Below are positions 7,882-15,751 of a stretch of DNA of 64,000 bases, in pieces; position 1 is the first letter of the stretch; the number at the start of each line of letters is the position of its first letter. Source of the stretch: Limnochordia bacterium (GTDB lineage Bacteria > Bacillota > Limnochordia > DTU080). A program made the translations under genes and the position numbers. Under the pieces are notes generated by a model that made no database searches, was not told where the DNA came from, and saw only the letters and a program-made list of their open reading frames with translations. The stretch is taken from positions 192,001 through 256,000 of the forward strand of contig JBMNJG010000007.1 of NCBI GenBank assembly GCA_050951545.1. The letters are read 5' to 3'.

Positions 7882-8901
7882 GTGGCTCTGGTGAGCTTGA
7901 AGTCGATGCTAGATGAAGCTGTGGACAAAGGGTATGCAGTAGGCTCGTTTAACGTGGTGAGTCTCGACTCTTTGCAGGGCATCTTGGAGGCAGCTACGCA
8001 GCTGCAATCGCCGGTGATCCTGAGTGTAGCTGAGGTTCATTTCAAGTATATTGATCTCGAATCCATTGTTCCCGTGATCAAGCAAGCAGCGGCGAAGGCC
8101 CCTGTACCAGTGGCTCTGCATCTTGATCACGGACTCAGTTTGGAGGCGGCCATGCGCTGCTTCCGTCTCGGTTTCACGTCACTGATGTTTGACGGATCTA
8201 GCCTGCCCTATGAAGAGAACGTGGCTCGTACTGCCGAGATCGTACGGGTTGCCCACAGCGTGGGGGTCACCGTAGAAGCCGAGCTAGGCCAGGTGGGAGG
8301 CGGCGAGGGTGGCTCTGAAGCGTCAGAGGCCGATCAATCGCATTTCACTGATCCAGAACAGGCTGTTGATTTCGTGCGCAGAACAGGTGTCGATGCCCTT
8401 GCTGTAGCCGTAGGTTCAGTCCACGGCCTGTATAAGGGTAAGCCCCAACTCGATTTCGATCGTCTATCAGCTATCGCTCGGGGAACAGGGGTACCGTTGG
8501 TACTGCACGGCGGTTCGGGTATACCCAGCGAAGACATCCGGCGGGCCATCAGCTTGGGCATCGGTAAGATCAACGTCTATACGGAGATGTCTATGCAGGC
8601 TACGGAGAGGATCCGGCAAAAAGTGGCAGACCCCAAAATGATCAGCTTCCCTGATCTGTTGCTTCTCGCCCGCCAAGGCATCAAGGAAACCGTGATGGAG
8701 AAGATGCGGGTTTTTGGCAGCAGTCATGCCTGCGTCACGCCAGGCGTGTTCTGTGACAGCTGTGGAGCTTGTGTACTTCCCTCTTCGGAAGAATGCCAAG
8801 CGCCCGTGTCTGATGAAAAGCGTACGGCACCTTTGTCTGACGAAGACATCGCGCGGACGGTGGCGTTGGTTGTCAAGGAGATTCTTTCTCTGCGCGACTA
8901 G
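7882..8901 (+). CDS. fba: Class II fructose/tagatose-bisphosphate aldolase with Cys-rich linker and C-terminal encapsulation peptide
   Basis: GYAVGSFN, ALHLDHG, FTSLMFDGS, VEAELG, DALAVAVGSVHG, LVLHGGSG, KINV; ~55-aa extension ending LSDEDIARTVALVVKEILSLRD. Confidence 0.9.
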   Translation: MALVSLKSMLDEAVDKGYAVGSFNVVSLDSLQGILEAATQLQSPVILSVAEVHFKYIDLESIVPVIKQAAAKAPVPVALHLDHGLSLEAAMRCFRLGFTSLMFDGSSLPYEENVARTAEIVRVAHSVGVTVEAELGQVGGGEGGSEASEADQSHFTDPEQAVDFVRRTGVDALAVAVGSVHGLYKGKPQLDFDRLSAIARGTGVPLVLHGGSGIPSEDIRRAISLGIGKINVYTEMSMQATERIRQKVADPKMISFPDLLLLARQGIKETVMEKMRVFGSSHACVTPGVFCDSCGACVLPSSEECQAPVSDEKRTAPLSDEDIARTVALVVKEILSLRD

Positions 8902-8944
8902 AAGATGGCGTATGTGTGATAGCCACGGTAATGCCTTCTGCTGA

Positions 8945-8970
8945 AGGCTTGCCGTAGGTGGATAGCGAAT
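8945..8970 (+). promoter_or_regulatory. Putative internal SigH-like promoter upstream of the BMC-H genes
   Basis: GAAGGC-N18-GAAT in the 127-bp gap before the hexamer genes. Confidence 0.4.
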
Positions 8971-9028
8971 CACCAGTAACAAGAGCAGAGGTCACAAGCA
9001 AAGAGACAGCTGAAAGGAAGGATCACGC

Positions 9029-9304
9029 ATGGGTGAGGCTCTGGGGCTTATTGAAACGCGGGGGCTGGCTGCAGCTATTGAGGCGGCTGACTCTATGGTA
9101 AAGGCGGCGAACGTAAGACTGCTCTCCTACGAAAAAGTGGGCGGAGGTCTGGTTTGCGTGCTTGTGCGCGGCGACGTCGGTGCGGTCAAAGCGGCGGTGG
9201 AGGCTGGTGCAAGTGCTGCTCAGCGCGTAGGCGAGCTCACGTCAGCGCACATCATCCCGCGGCCACATCATGACACGGAGAAAATGCTCGAGCGGGTGAA
9301 GTAA
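9029..9304 (+). CDS. BMC-H hexameric shell protein (EutM/PduA-like)
   Basis: ALGLIETRG...[11 protein letters not shown]...[12 protein letters not shown]...HIIPRPH. Confidence 0.95.
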   Translation: MGEALGLIETRGLAAAIEAADSMVKAANVRLLSYEKVGGGLVCVLVRGDVGAVKAAVEAGASAAQRVGELTSAHIIPRPHHDTEKMLERVK

Positions 9305-9365
9305 GCAAGGCACAGTGTTGACGGCTTGTTCATCTTCTTAGAGGTAGTGTGGGGAGGTTTTTTTG

Positions 9366-9659
9366 ATGGGTGAAGCGTTGGGGCTTATAGAGACAAAAGG
9401 GCTTGTGGCGGTTATTGAGGCGGCCGATGCGATGGTGAAGGCGGCTAACGTAACCCTTGTCGGCTGGCACCAGATCGGTGGCGGATTGGTCAGCGTAGCG
9501 GTGCGTGGCGATGTCGGTGCTGTGCGCGCAGCCGTTGAAGCTGGTAGTGCAGCTGCTAGTCGGGTGGGCGAAGTGCTCAGCACGCATATCATCCCCCGGC
9601 CCGATGCTGCTACGGATGCCTTGTTCTGGCCTGAGACGAAAAAAGCAGCCAAGAGCTGA
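9366..9659 (+). CDS. BMC-H hexameric shell protein (EutM/PduA-like), paralog 2
   Basis: ALGLIETKG...[11 protein letters not shown]...[12 protein letters not shown]...HIIPRP. Confidence 0.95.
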   Translation: MGEALGLIETKGLVAVIEAADAMVKAANVTLVGWHQIGGGLVSVAVRGDVGAVRAAVEAGSAAASRVGEVLSTHIIPRPDAATDALFWPETKKAAKS

Positions 9660-9673
9660 TCGTTTACGGGTGA

Positions 9674-10336
9674 ATGAAAATGGACGAGCAGCTTGTGCAA
9701 GAGATTAGGGCCAGGGTTTTTCAGAAGCTGGCCGAAACGGGCCTGGCGGCCCATCTCGATGAGATTCCTGTCGGTATCTCCGTGCGCCACGTGCATGTAT
9801 CGCAGGCGGACCTTGAGCACCTGTATGGGCGAGGTCATCAGTTGACGAAACTGCGGGACCTGCGTCAGCCCGGGGAGTATGCAGCCCAGGAGGTCGTGGC
9901 TCTGGTCGGGCCTAAGATGCGCACTCTCGAGAATGTGCGTATTCTCGGTCCCTGCCGTGATCAGACACAGGTGGAGCTGGCTCGGACAGATGCCATTATC
10001 TTGGGGCTCAATCCACCTGTCCGGCGTTCCGGTGATCTGGCGGGATCCTCACCTATTTCTCTGGTGGGGCCCAAGGGTGTGTTGACTCTGCCCGAGGGAT
10101 GCATTATCGCCAATCGACACATGCATATGGGCCCTGAGGATGCCCGACGTTTTGGAGTCAAAGACAACGATATCGTCTCTGTGGAAGTGAGTGGCGACAA
10201 GGGACTCGTCTTCCACCACGTGCAGGTGCGGGTGCGCGAAGGCTGGGTACTCGAGATGCATCTCGATACTGATGATGCCAATGCTGCCTGCATCACCTGT
10301 GGTGCTCAGGCGCGTATCCGGCCCGAGGTGGCTTGA
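9674..10336 (+). CDS. pduL: Phosphate propanoyltransferase / phosphotransacylase PduL with N-terminal encapsulation peptide
   Basis: IPVGISVRHVH, LRQPGEYA, VRILGP, RHMHM, MHLDTDDANA; N-terminal MDEQLVQEIRARVFQKL. Confidence 0.95.
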   Translation: MKMDEQLVQEIRARVFQKLAETGLAAHLDEIPVGISVRHVHVSQADLEHLYGRGHQLTKLRDLRQPGEYAAQEVVALVGPKMRTLENVRILGPCRDQTQVELARTDAIILGLNPPVRRSGDLAGSSPISLVGPKGVLTLPEGCIIANRHMHMGPEDARRFGVKDNDIVSVEVSGDKGLVFHHVQVRVREGWVLEMHLDTDDANAACITCGAQARIRPEVA

Positions 10337-11664
10337 TGGTGATGGACGCTTTAGTGACGGCGGTTCGCGATGCAGGAGTGGTGGGAGCTGGTGGGGCTGG
10401 TTTTCCCACTCACGTGAAGTTAGCGGCCCAGGTAGAGTGCATTATCGTCAACGGAGCAGAGTGCGAGCCACTGCTCCACGTAGACCAGGAGTTGGCGAAG
10501 GCGTACGCACCTGAGTTGGTGGAGGCCCTGCGGGCCTGCATGTCCTCAACAGGGGCTAGCGCGGGTATTTTCGCCCTTAAGGAAAAGTACCGAGAGGCAA
10601 GGGGTGCTCTGACCGCGGCGGTCGCCGGACAGGCGGGCCTGTCGGTGTTTGCCTTGGAGAACTCCTACCCGGCCGGTGATGAGCACGTTTTGGTGCATGA
10701 GGTGACCGGACGCGTGGTTCCCGAAGGGGGGATACCGCTCAATGTCGGCATCGTCGTGCTCAACGTAGAGACGCTGTACAACATATGGTCGGCACTTCAG
10801 GGGCAGCCAGTCACGGACACCTTCGTTACAGTGTGCGGAGAAGTGAAGCAGCCAGCTACCCTGCGGTTGGCAGTAGGTACATCCATCGCGGATGCTCTGG
10901 CGGCAGCGGGCGGAGTGACCTGTGAGAATCCGGCGATCATCCACGGCGGACCGGTGATGGGTAGCCTGGTAGAGTCTGCTGAGGCGCCAGTCACGAAGAC
11001 GACCAAGGGGCTCGTCGCGCTACCGATGGATCATCCTCACGTGCGCCGCATGCGCAGGCCCGTAAGCGTCTCCCTAGAAAGAGCAATCACCGCGTGCTGC
11101 CAATGTCGACAGTGTAGCGACCTGTGTCCGCGTGCCCTTCTGGGACACAACATCGCGCCTCATAAGATCATGCGAGCTGCTGGCTATGCGTTGACGAAGG
11201 ATCCTGCGGTGTGGACTGCCGCGTTTTTGTGCAGCGAATGCGGCGTGTGTGATACCTTTGCCTGTGGGGCTGATCTCTCACCGCGCCAAGTGTATCGCAG
11301 CGTGAAGGCGCAGTTGGCAGCAGCGGGCGTGAAGAACCCACATAAGGCTACACCCACCCCGCTGGAAGAGCTGGTCTACAGGCGTGTTCCTACCGAGCGC
11401 TTGATTTGGCGTATGGGTTTAGAGCCCTATGTGATGGGAGCGCCGTTGGTACGCGAGGTCCTGCTTCCAGCGGTAGTCAAAGTTCCGCTGAAACAGAATG
11501 CAGGAGCAGTCTCGGTACCTGTCGTGAAAGTCGGTGAACGTGTGAGTCGCGGTCAGCTGGTGGCCGAGCCTCCCCCAGATGCGTTGGGGGCCCGGCATCA
11601 CGCCAGTGTGACAGGAACCGTGACTGCTGTGGGTAACGAGGTGAGTATTGAGCGTGAAGCCTGA
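10336..11664 (+). CDS. pduS: PduS-like (RnfC-like) flavoprotein with two [4Fe-4S] clusters
   Basis: GVVGAGGAGFPTHVK, NGAECEPLL, YPAGDE, CCQCRQCSDLCP and CSECGVC...C motifs. Confidence 0.9.
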   Translation: MVMDALVTAVRDAGVVGAGGAGFPTHVKLAAQVECIIVNGAECEPLLHVDQELAKAYAPELVEALRACMSSTGASAGIFALKEKYREARGALTAAVAGQAGLSVFALENSYPAGDEHVLVHEVTGRVVPEGGIPLNVGIVVLNVETLYNIWSALQGQPVTDTFVTVCGEVKQPATLRLAVGTSIADALAAAGGVTCENPAIIHGGPVMGSLVESAEAPVTKTTKGLVALPMDHPHVRRMRRPVSVSLERAITACCQCRQCSDLCPRALLGHNIAPHKIMRAAGYALTKDPAVWTAAFLCSECGVCDTFACGADLSPRQVYRSVKAQLAAAGVKNPHKATPTPLEELVYRRVPTERLIWRMGLEPYVMGAPLVREVLLPAVVKVPLKQNAGAVSVPVVKVGERVSRGQLVAEPPPDALGARHHASVTGTVTAVGNEVSIEREA

Positions 11665-12241
11665 CACCCTAAGAAGCGCAGATAGAGGGCTTGCCGTGGC
11701 CGTGGTAGAGCTGCACACGACGGCTGTTGGCCTGGCGGCAGCTGATACTGTGTTAAAGACGGCTGATTGCCCGCTATTTAAGGCAAACACAGTCTGCCCG
11801 GGTAAGTTTCTGCTTCTATTTGGTGGTCAACTGGCCGCTGTGCAAGAGGCCTATGCACTTGTTCAGAAAACTTACCAGGGAGAGTTGCTTGACGCCTTTT
11901 TTCTAGGGCAGATCTCCGATCAGTTGCTCGATGGGCTGAGCGGAGAAGGTGAGCCAACTGCCACTGTCGGGCTGGCTGTGGGAGTGATTGAGACCTTTAG
12001 CGCAGCGAGTGCGATCGCGGCCGCTGATGCGGCGGTCAAGGCAGCTGAGGTGCAGCTCTTGGACGTCAGGCTGGCTCAGGGAATGACAGGCAAGGGTGTG
12101 GTCTACCTTTCCGGCACGGTGGCGGCCGTGGAGACCGCCCTACAGGCAGGCGCTGAGGCGGTGCGCGACAGCGGCAATTTGTGTGCCACTGGCTGCCTTC
12201 CTTCTCCTCATGAATCACTGTGGCGCTCCCTCTTGGGCTAA
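11648..12241 (+). CDS. pduT: BMC-T shell protein, PduT-like, paralog 2
   Basis: AADTVLK...TVCPGKFL; VGVIETFSAASAIAAADAAVKAA...RLAQGMTGKG; directly follows pduS. Confidence 0.88.
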   Translation: MSVKPDTLRSADRGLAVAVVELHTTAVGLAAADTVLKTADCPLFKANTVCPGKFLLLFGGQLAAVQEAYALVQKTYQGELLDAFFLGQISDQLLDGLSGEGEPTATVGLAVGVIETFSAASAIAAADAAVKAAEVQLLDVRLAQGMTGKGVVYLSGTVAAVETALQAGAEAVRDSGNLCATGCLPSPHESLWRSLLG

Positions 12242-12274
12242 GGCGCTACGTTTAGTAAAGAGGTGCTACCTGTA

Positions 12275-13726
12275 ATGGATGAGCAGCGTTTGGCTGCAAT
12301 TGTGCAAGAGGTACTGCAACAACTCAGAGGCGAAAATGGGGATGTAAAGCCCTCACCTGCCCCCGCAACTCCCGCTACAGCGCCAGTTGGCAAGTCACTT
12401 CCCGAGGTGGGCGGAGGGGTTTTTGCCTCGGTGGATGAGGCTATTGCGGCGGCGAGCAAGGCGCACAAAGAGCTCGTGGCCCTGGGACTGGAAGAGCGAG
12501 AAAAGCTGGTAGAGGCCATGCGTCAGGCCGCTTTAGCGGCAGCAGAGAGGCTGGCTCGACAAGCTTATGAGGAGACTGGCTTAGGGCGCTATGAGCACAA
12601 GATCGGCAAGAACCGCGATGCCGCTCGTCTGACTCCTGGTACAGAGGACATAGCCAGTCAGATTATCACGGCCAATAAGGGCACGGTGCTCATCGAGCAC
12701 AGCCCTATGGGAGTGGCGGTGTCCATTACGCCGACCACGAACCCGAATGCGACGATCATCAACCATGGCATTGGCATGGTGGCAGCTGGGAATGCATGCT
12801 TTTTTGCTCCGCATCCTCGGAGCCAAGCAAGCTCTTTGGAGACGTTACGTGTGCTCAATACCGCTATAGCGAAGGCTGGCGGCCCTGAAAACTGTTTGGT
12901 AGCGGTGACAGAAGCAAAGCTTGATGCGGTCAACGCTGCTATGCAGCACCCCCAGGTGCGCTTGGTGGTGGCTACAGGTGGGGCGAGCTTGGTGAAAGCT
13001 GCGTTGTCATGCGGCAAGCGGGCAATCGCCGGCGGCCCGGGGAATCCTCCCGTATTGGTGGATGACACAGCTGATCTGGCCCGGGCAGCGGCAGGGATTT
13101 TGGCTGGTGCGGCCTTAGACAATAACTTGCTGTGCATCGCCGAGAAAGTGGTCATCGTGCAAGAGAGCGTGGCGACTCCTTTCATGCGCCAGCTACTGCA
13201 GCTACCAGTCGTGGAGCTGCGCGGCTCAGACACCGCTCGTCTGACAGAGCTGGTCGTCAAAGATGGACACATGAACCCAGCCTATATCGGTAGGGACGCT
13301 GCGGTGATCCTCAAGGATATCGGGGTTCGCGCTGATGCGGATGTACAAGCGATTGTGGTCGAGGTGGACGAGCGTCATCCGCTGGTGCAGCTCGAACAGC
13401 TGATGCCCATTTTGCCCGTGGTGCGGGTGGGCAGCTTTGCCCAAGGGTTGGCGTTGGCTGTCGAGGTGGAGCACGGCAATCGCCACACTGCCATCATCCA
13501 TTCTCAGAATCTGGACCGGATCACGAGCTACGGTCGGGCCATTCGGCCTACGCTGCTTGTCTGCAACGCGCCGAGCTATGCTGGACTGGGTGTGGATGGT
13601 GCTGGGCCGATTACGCTTACGGTTGCCGGACCTACGGGTGAGGGAATCGTGACTGCCAAGCACTTCACAAGGGAGAATCGGGTGATCCTGGGGCACGGTG
13701 CGCTTACAGTGATCGCTGGCGATTGA
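12275..13726 (+). CDS. CoA-acylating aldehyde dehydrogenase 2 (EutE/PduP family) with N-terminal encapsulation peptide
   Basis: ITPTTNP, GGPGNPP, DNNLLCIAEK, EQLMPILP, GPTGEG; N-terminal MDEQRLAAIVQEVLQQL. Confidence 0.93.
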   Translation: MDEQRLAAIVQEVLQQLRGENGDVKPSPAPATPATAPVGKSLPEVGGGVFASVDEAIAAASKAHKELVALGLEEREKLVEAMRQAALAAAERLARQAYEETGLGRYEHKIGKNRDAARLTPGTEDIASQIITANKGTVLIEHSPMGVAVSITPTTNPNATIINHGIGMVAAGNACFFAPHPRSQASSLETLRVLNTAIAKAGGPENCLVAVTEAKLDAVNAAMQHPQVRLVVATGGASLVKAALSCGKRAIAGGPGNPPVLVDDTADLARAAAGILAGAALDNNLLCIAEKVVIVQESVATPFMRQLLQLPVVELRGSDTARLTELVVKDGHMNPAYIGRDAAVILKDIGVRADADVQAIVVEVDERHPLVQLEQLMPILPVVRVGSFAQGLALAVEVEHGNRHTAIIHSQNLDRITSYGRAIRPTLLVCNAPSYAGLGVDGAGPITLTVAGPTGEGIVTAKHFTRENRVILGHGALTVIAGD

Positions 13727-13745
13727 GCATGTTGGGGGCTGCGAA

Positions 13746-14543
13746 ATGCTGAACATGGTTGTCTGCCTGAAACAGGTTCCGGGAACGACGGAGGTCGAGA
13801 TCGACAGTGAGCGAGGGACCCTCAAGCGCGAGGGGGTCGATGCGCGCACTAACGCCTATGATCTTCACGCGCTTGAGTTGGCGGTCGCCCTGAAGAACAA
13901 GCACGGTGGATCGATCACGGTGCTGTCAATGGGGCCCCCGCAGGCCCAGGCTGTCATTAGGGAAGCGTACGCGTTGGGGGCCGATCGCGGTATCTTGCTT
14001 TCGGACCGTAAGTTTGCTGGAGCGGATACGTTAGCGACAGCTTTCACGCTCGCCCAGGCCATAAGGAAGTTGGCTACGCCGCACCTCGTGCTCACTGGGA
14101 TGCAGACCAGCGACGGCGACACTGCTCAAGTGGGACCAGCCTTGGCCGAAATATTGGGAATCCCACATGTATCCTATGTGCGCAAGTGTATAGAGGCTAG
14201 TCCCGGATGCTCAGTGATGGTAGAGGCCGAGATGTCCGAGTGCACGGAGACGTTACGGGTCAGTTTCCCTTGTCTGTTGACCTGCACCAAGGACGTCGGG
14301 CGTCTGCGGTTGCCCTCTTACCGCTTGCTAGTGGCCACGCGAGACAAGCCGATAGAGGTCTGGTCGTACGAAGATATCAAGCATGACGATGGCCAGGAGC
14401 ACTTTGGGCTCGATGGATCGCCCACGCGAGTGGAGAAAGTCTTCCCGCCCAGTTTCGAGCAACAGCGGCAGGTATGGGAAGCACCTGCCCAGGAGCTGGC
14501 TGAGCGGGTGTTGGAGAAGCTGGAGGAGCTGAAGGTGCTATGA
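13746..14543 (+). CDS. etfB: Electron transfer flavoprotein beta subunit (EtfB/LctB-like)
   Basis: VCLKQVP, SMGPPQA, DRKFAGADTLAT, TSDGDTAQVGP, GLDGSPTRV. Confidence 0.95.
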   Translation: MLNMVVCLKQVPGTTEVEIDSERGTLKREGVDARTNAYDLHALELAVALKNKHGGSITVLSMGPPQAQAVIREAYALGADRGILLSDRKFAGADTLATAFTLAQAIRKLATPHLVLTGMQTSDGDTAQVGPALAEILGIPHVSYVRKCIEASPGCSVMVEAEMSECTETLRVSFPCLLTCTKDVGRLRLPSYRLLVATRDKPIEVWSYEDIKHDDGQEHFGLDGSPTRVEKVFPPSFEQQRQVWEAPAQELAERVLEKLEELKVL

Positions 14544-15751
14544 GCGGGGTGCTTGTCGACAGGGATGCGTGTACGCTCTGTGGGGCCTGTATGGACGCGT
14601 GCCCTTTCGGTGCGATTGAGCTTAAGGAGTCACAGCTTGTCATCACTGATGAGTGTCGATTGTGCGGAGCTTGTGTAGAGGCGTGCCCGCAGGGTGCTCT
14701 CTCTATACAGGAGGAGAGCACAATGGACCAGGTAGATCTGAGCACTTACTCTGGCGTTCTAGTTTTTGTGGAACAGACAGATGGTCAGATCCATCAGGTC
14801 AGTTATGAGATGATGGGCAAGGGGTTAGAGCTGGCACGATCGTTAGATCAGAAGCTCTATTGCTTGGTTGCTGGCCACCAGATTAGGCAGCAGGCCACGG
14901 ATCTGCTCAACTACGGAGTGGATGCCGTATACTGGTATGATCACCCTGCCTTGCGCCGTTATCGAGCAGAGCCGTACACGAGTGCGGTTTGTGATCTGGT
15001 GCAGGAGATTCGCCCGAACATCATTCTGATCGGTGCTACGCATGTCGGCCGATCGCTGGCGCCGCGGGTGGCCACTCGCCTTCGCACAGGCCTGACGGCG
15101 GACTGCACGAGTCTGGATGTGCGGGAAAACGGGGATCTGGTCCAGACCCGGCCGGCCTTTGGTGGTAACGTCATGGCGCGCATTCTCACACCTCACCATC
15201 GTCCGCAGATGGCCACGGTGCGCTACAAGGTGATGGAGAGAGCGACACGGGTAGATAGCCCCGATGGCGTCTTGATAGCTCGCTCTCTGCCGCAGGGGGA
15301 TCTGAACTCGGGCATTGAGATTGTGGATATTGTGCAGAGCGCCGCTGCAGCCTCGATTACGGAAGCAGATATTGTGGTAACTGCTGGCAGGGGAGCTGGC
15401 AATGAACGCGGGTTGGCTTTGGTGAGCGAGTTGGCCCAGAGCCTGGGCGGAGTGGTAGGTGGAAGCCGGCCTCTCGTGGAGCAAGGCCTCCTCTCTCACA
15501 TGCAGCAGGTGGGGCTATCGGGGAGGACGGTGCGCCCCAAGCTTTACGTAGCCTGTGGAGTTTCCGGTGCTGTGCAGCATGTGGCTGGCATGCAGGGTTC
15601 TGATTGCATCATTGCGATCAACAAGGACAAAAACGCGCCCATCTTCGAAGTAGCTCACGTGGCTGTTGTTGGTGACATATACGAGGTGTTGCCGCGTCTG
15701 ATAGAGCTCATAGGAGGTAGGGGTGGCCATGGCAACTGCACAGCTTCGTAA
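14540..15751 (+). CDS. etfA: Electron transfer flavoprotein alpha subunit with N-terminal 2x[4Fe-4S] ferredoxin domain (LctC/CarE-like)
   Basis: CTLCGACMDACP and CRLCGACVEACP; TGLTADCT, RPAFGGN, QVGLSGRTVRPKLY, GVSGAVQH. Confidence 0.95.
   Translation: MSGVLVDRDACTLCGACMDACPFGAIELKESQLVITDECRLCGACVEACPQGALSIQEESTMDQVDLSTYSGVLVFVEQTDGQIHQVSYEMMGKGLELARSLDQKLYCLVAGHQIRQQATDLLNYGVDAVYWYDHPALRRYRAEPYTSAVCDLVQEIRPNIILIGATHVGRSLAPRVATRLRTGLTADCTSLDVRENGDLVQTRPAFGGNVMARILTPHHRPQMATVRYKVMERATRVDSPDGVLIARSLPQGDLNSGIEIVDIVQSAAAASITEADIVVTAGRGAGNERGLALVSELAQSLGGVVGGSRPLVEQGLLSHMQQVGLSGRTVRPKLYVACGVSGAVQHVAGMQGSDCIIAINKDKNAPIFEVAHVAVVGDIYEVLPRLIELIGGRGGHGNCTAS

Noticed and set aside
9029-9659. Near-repeated DNA in tandem
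   Set aside because: Explained by two paralogous BMC-H genes, not a repeat element or CRISPR array.
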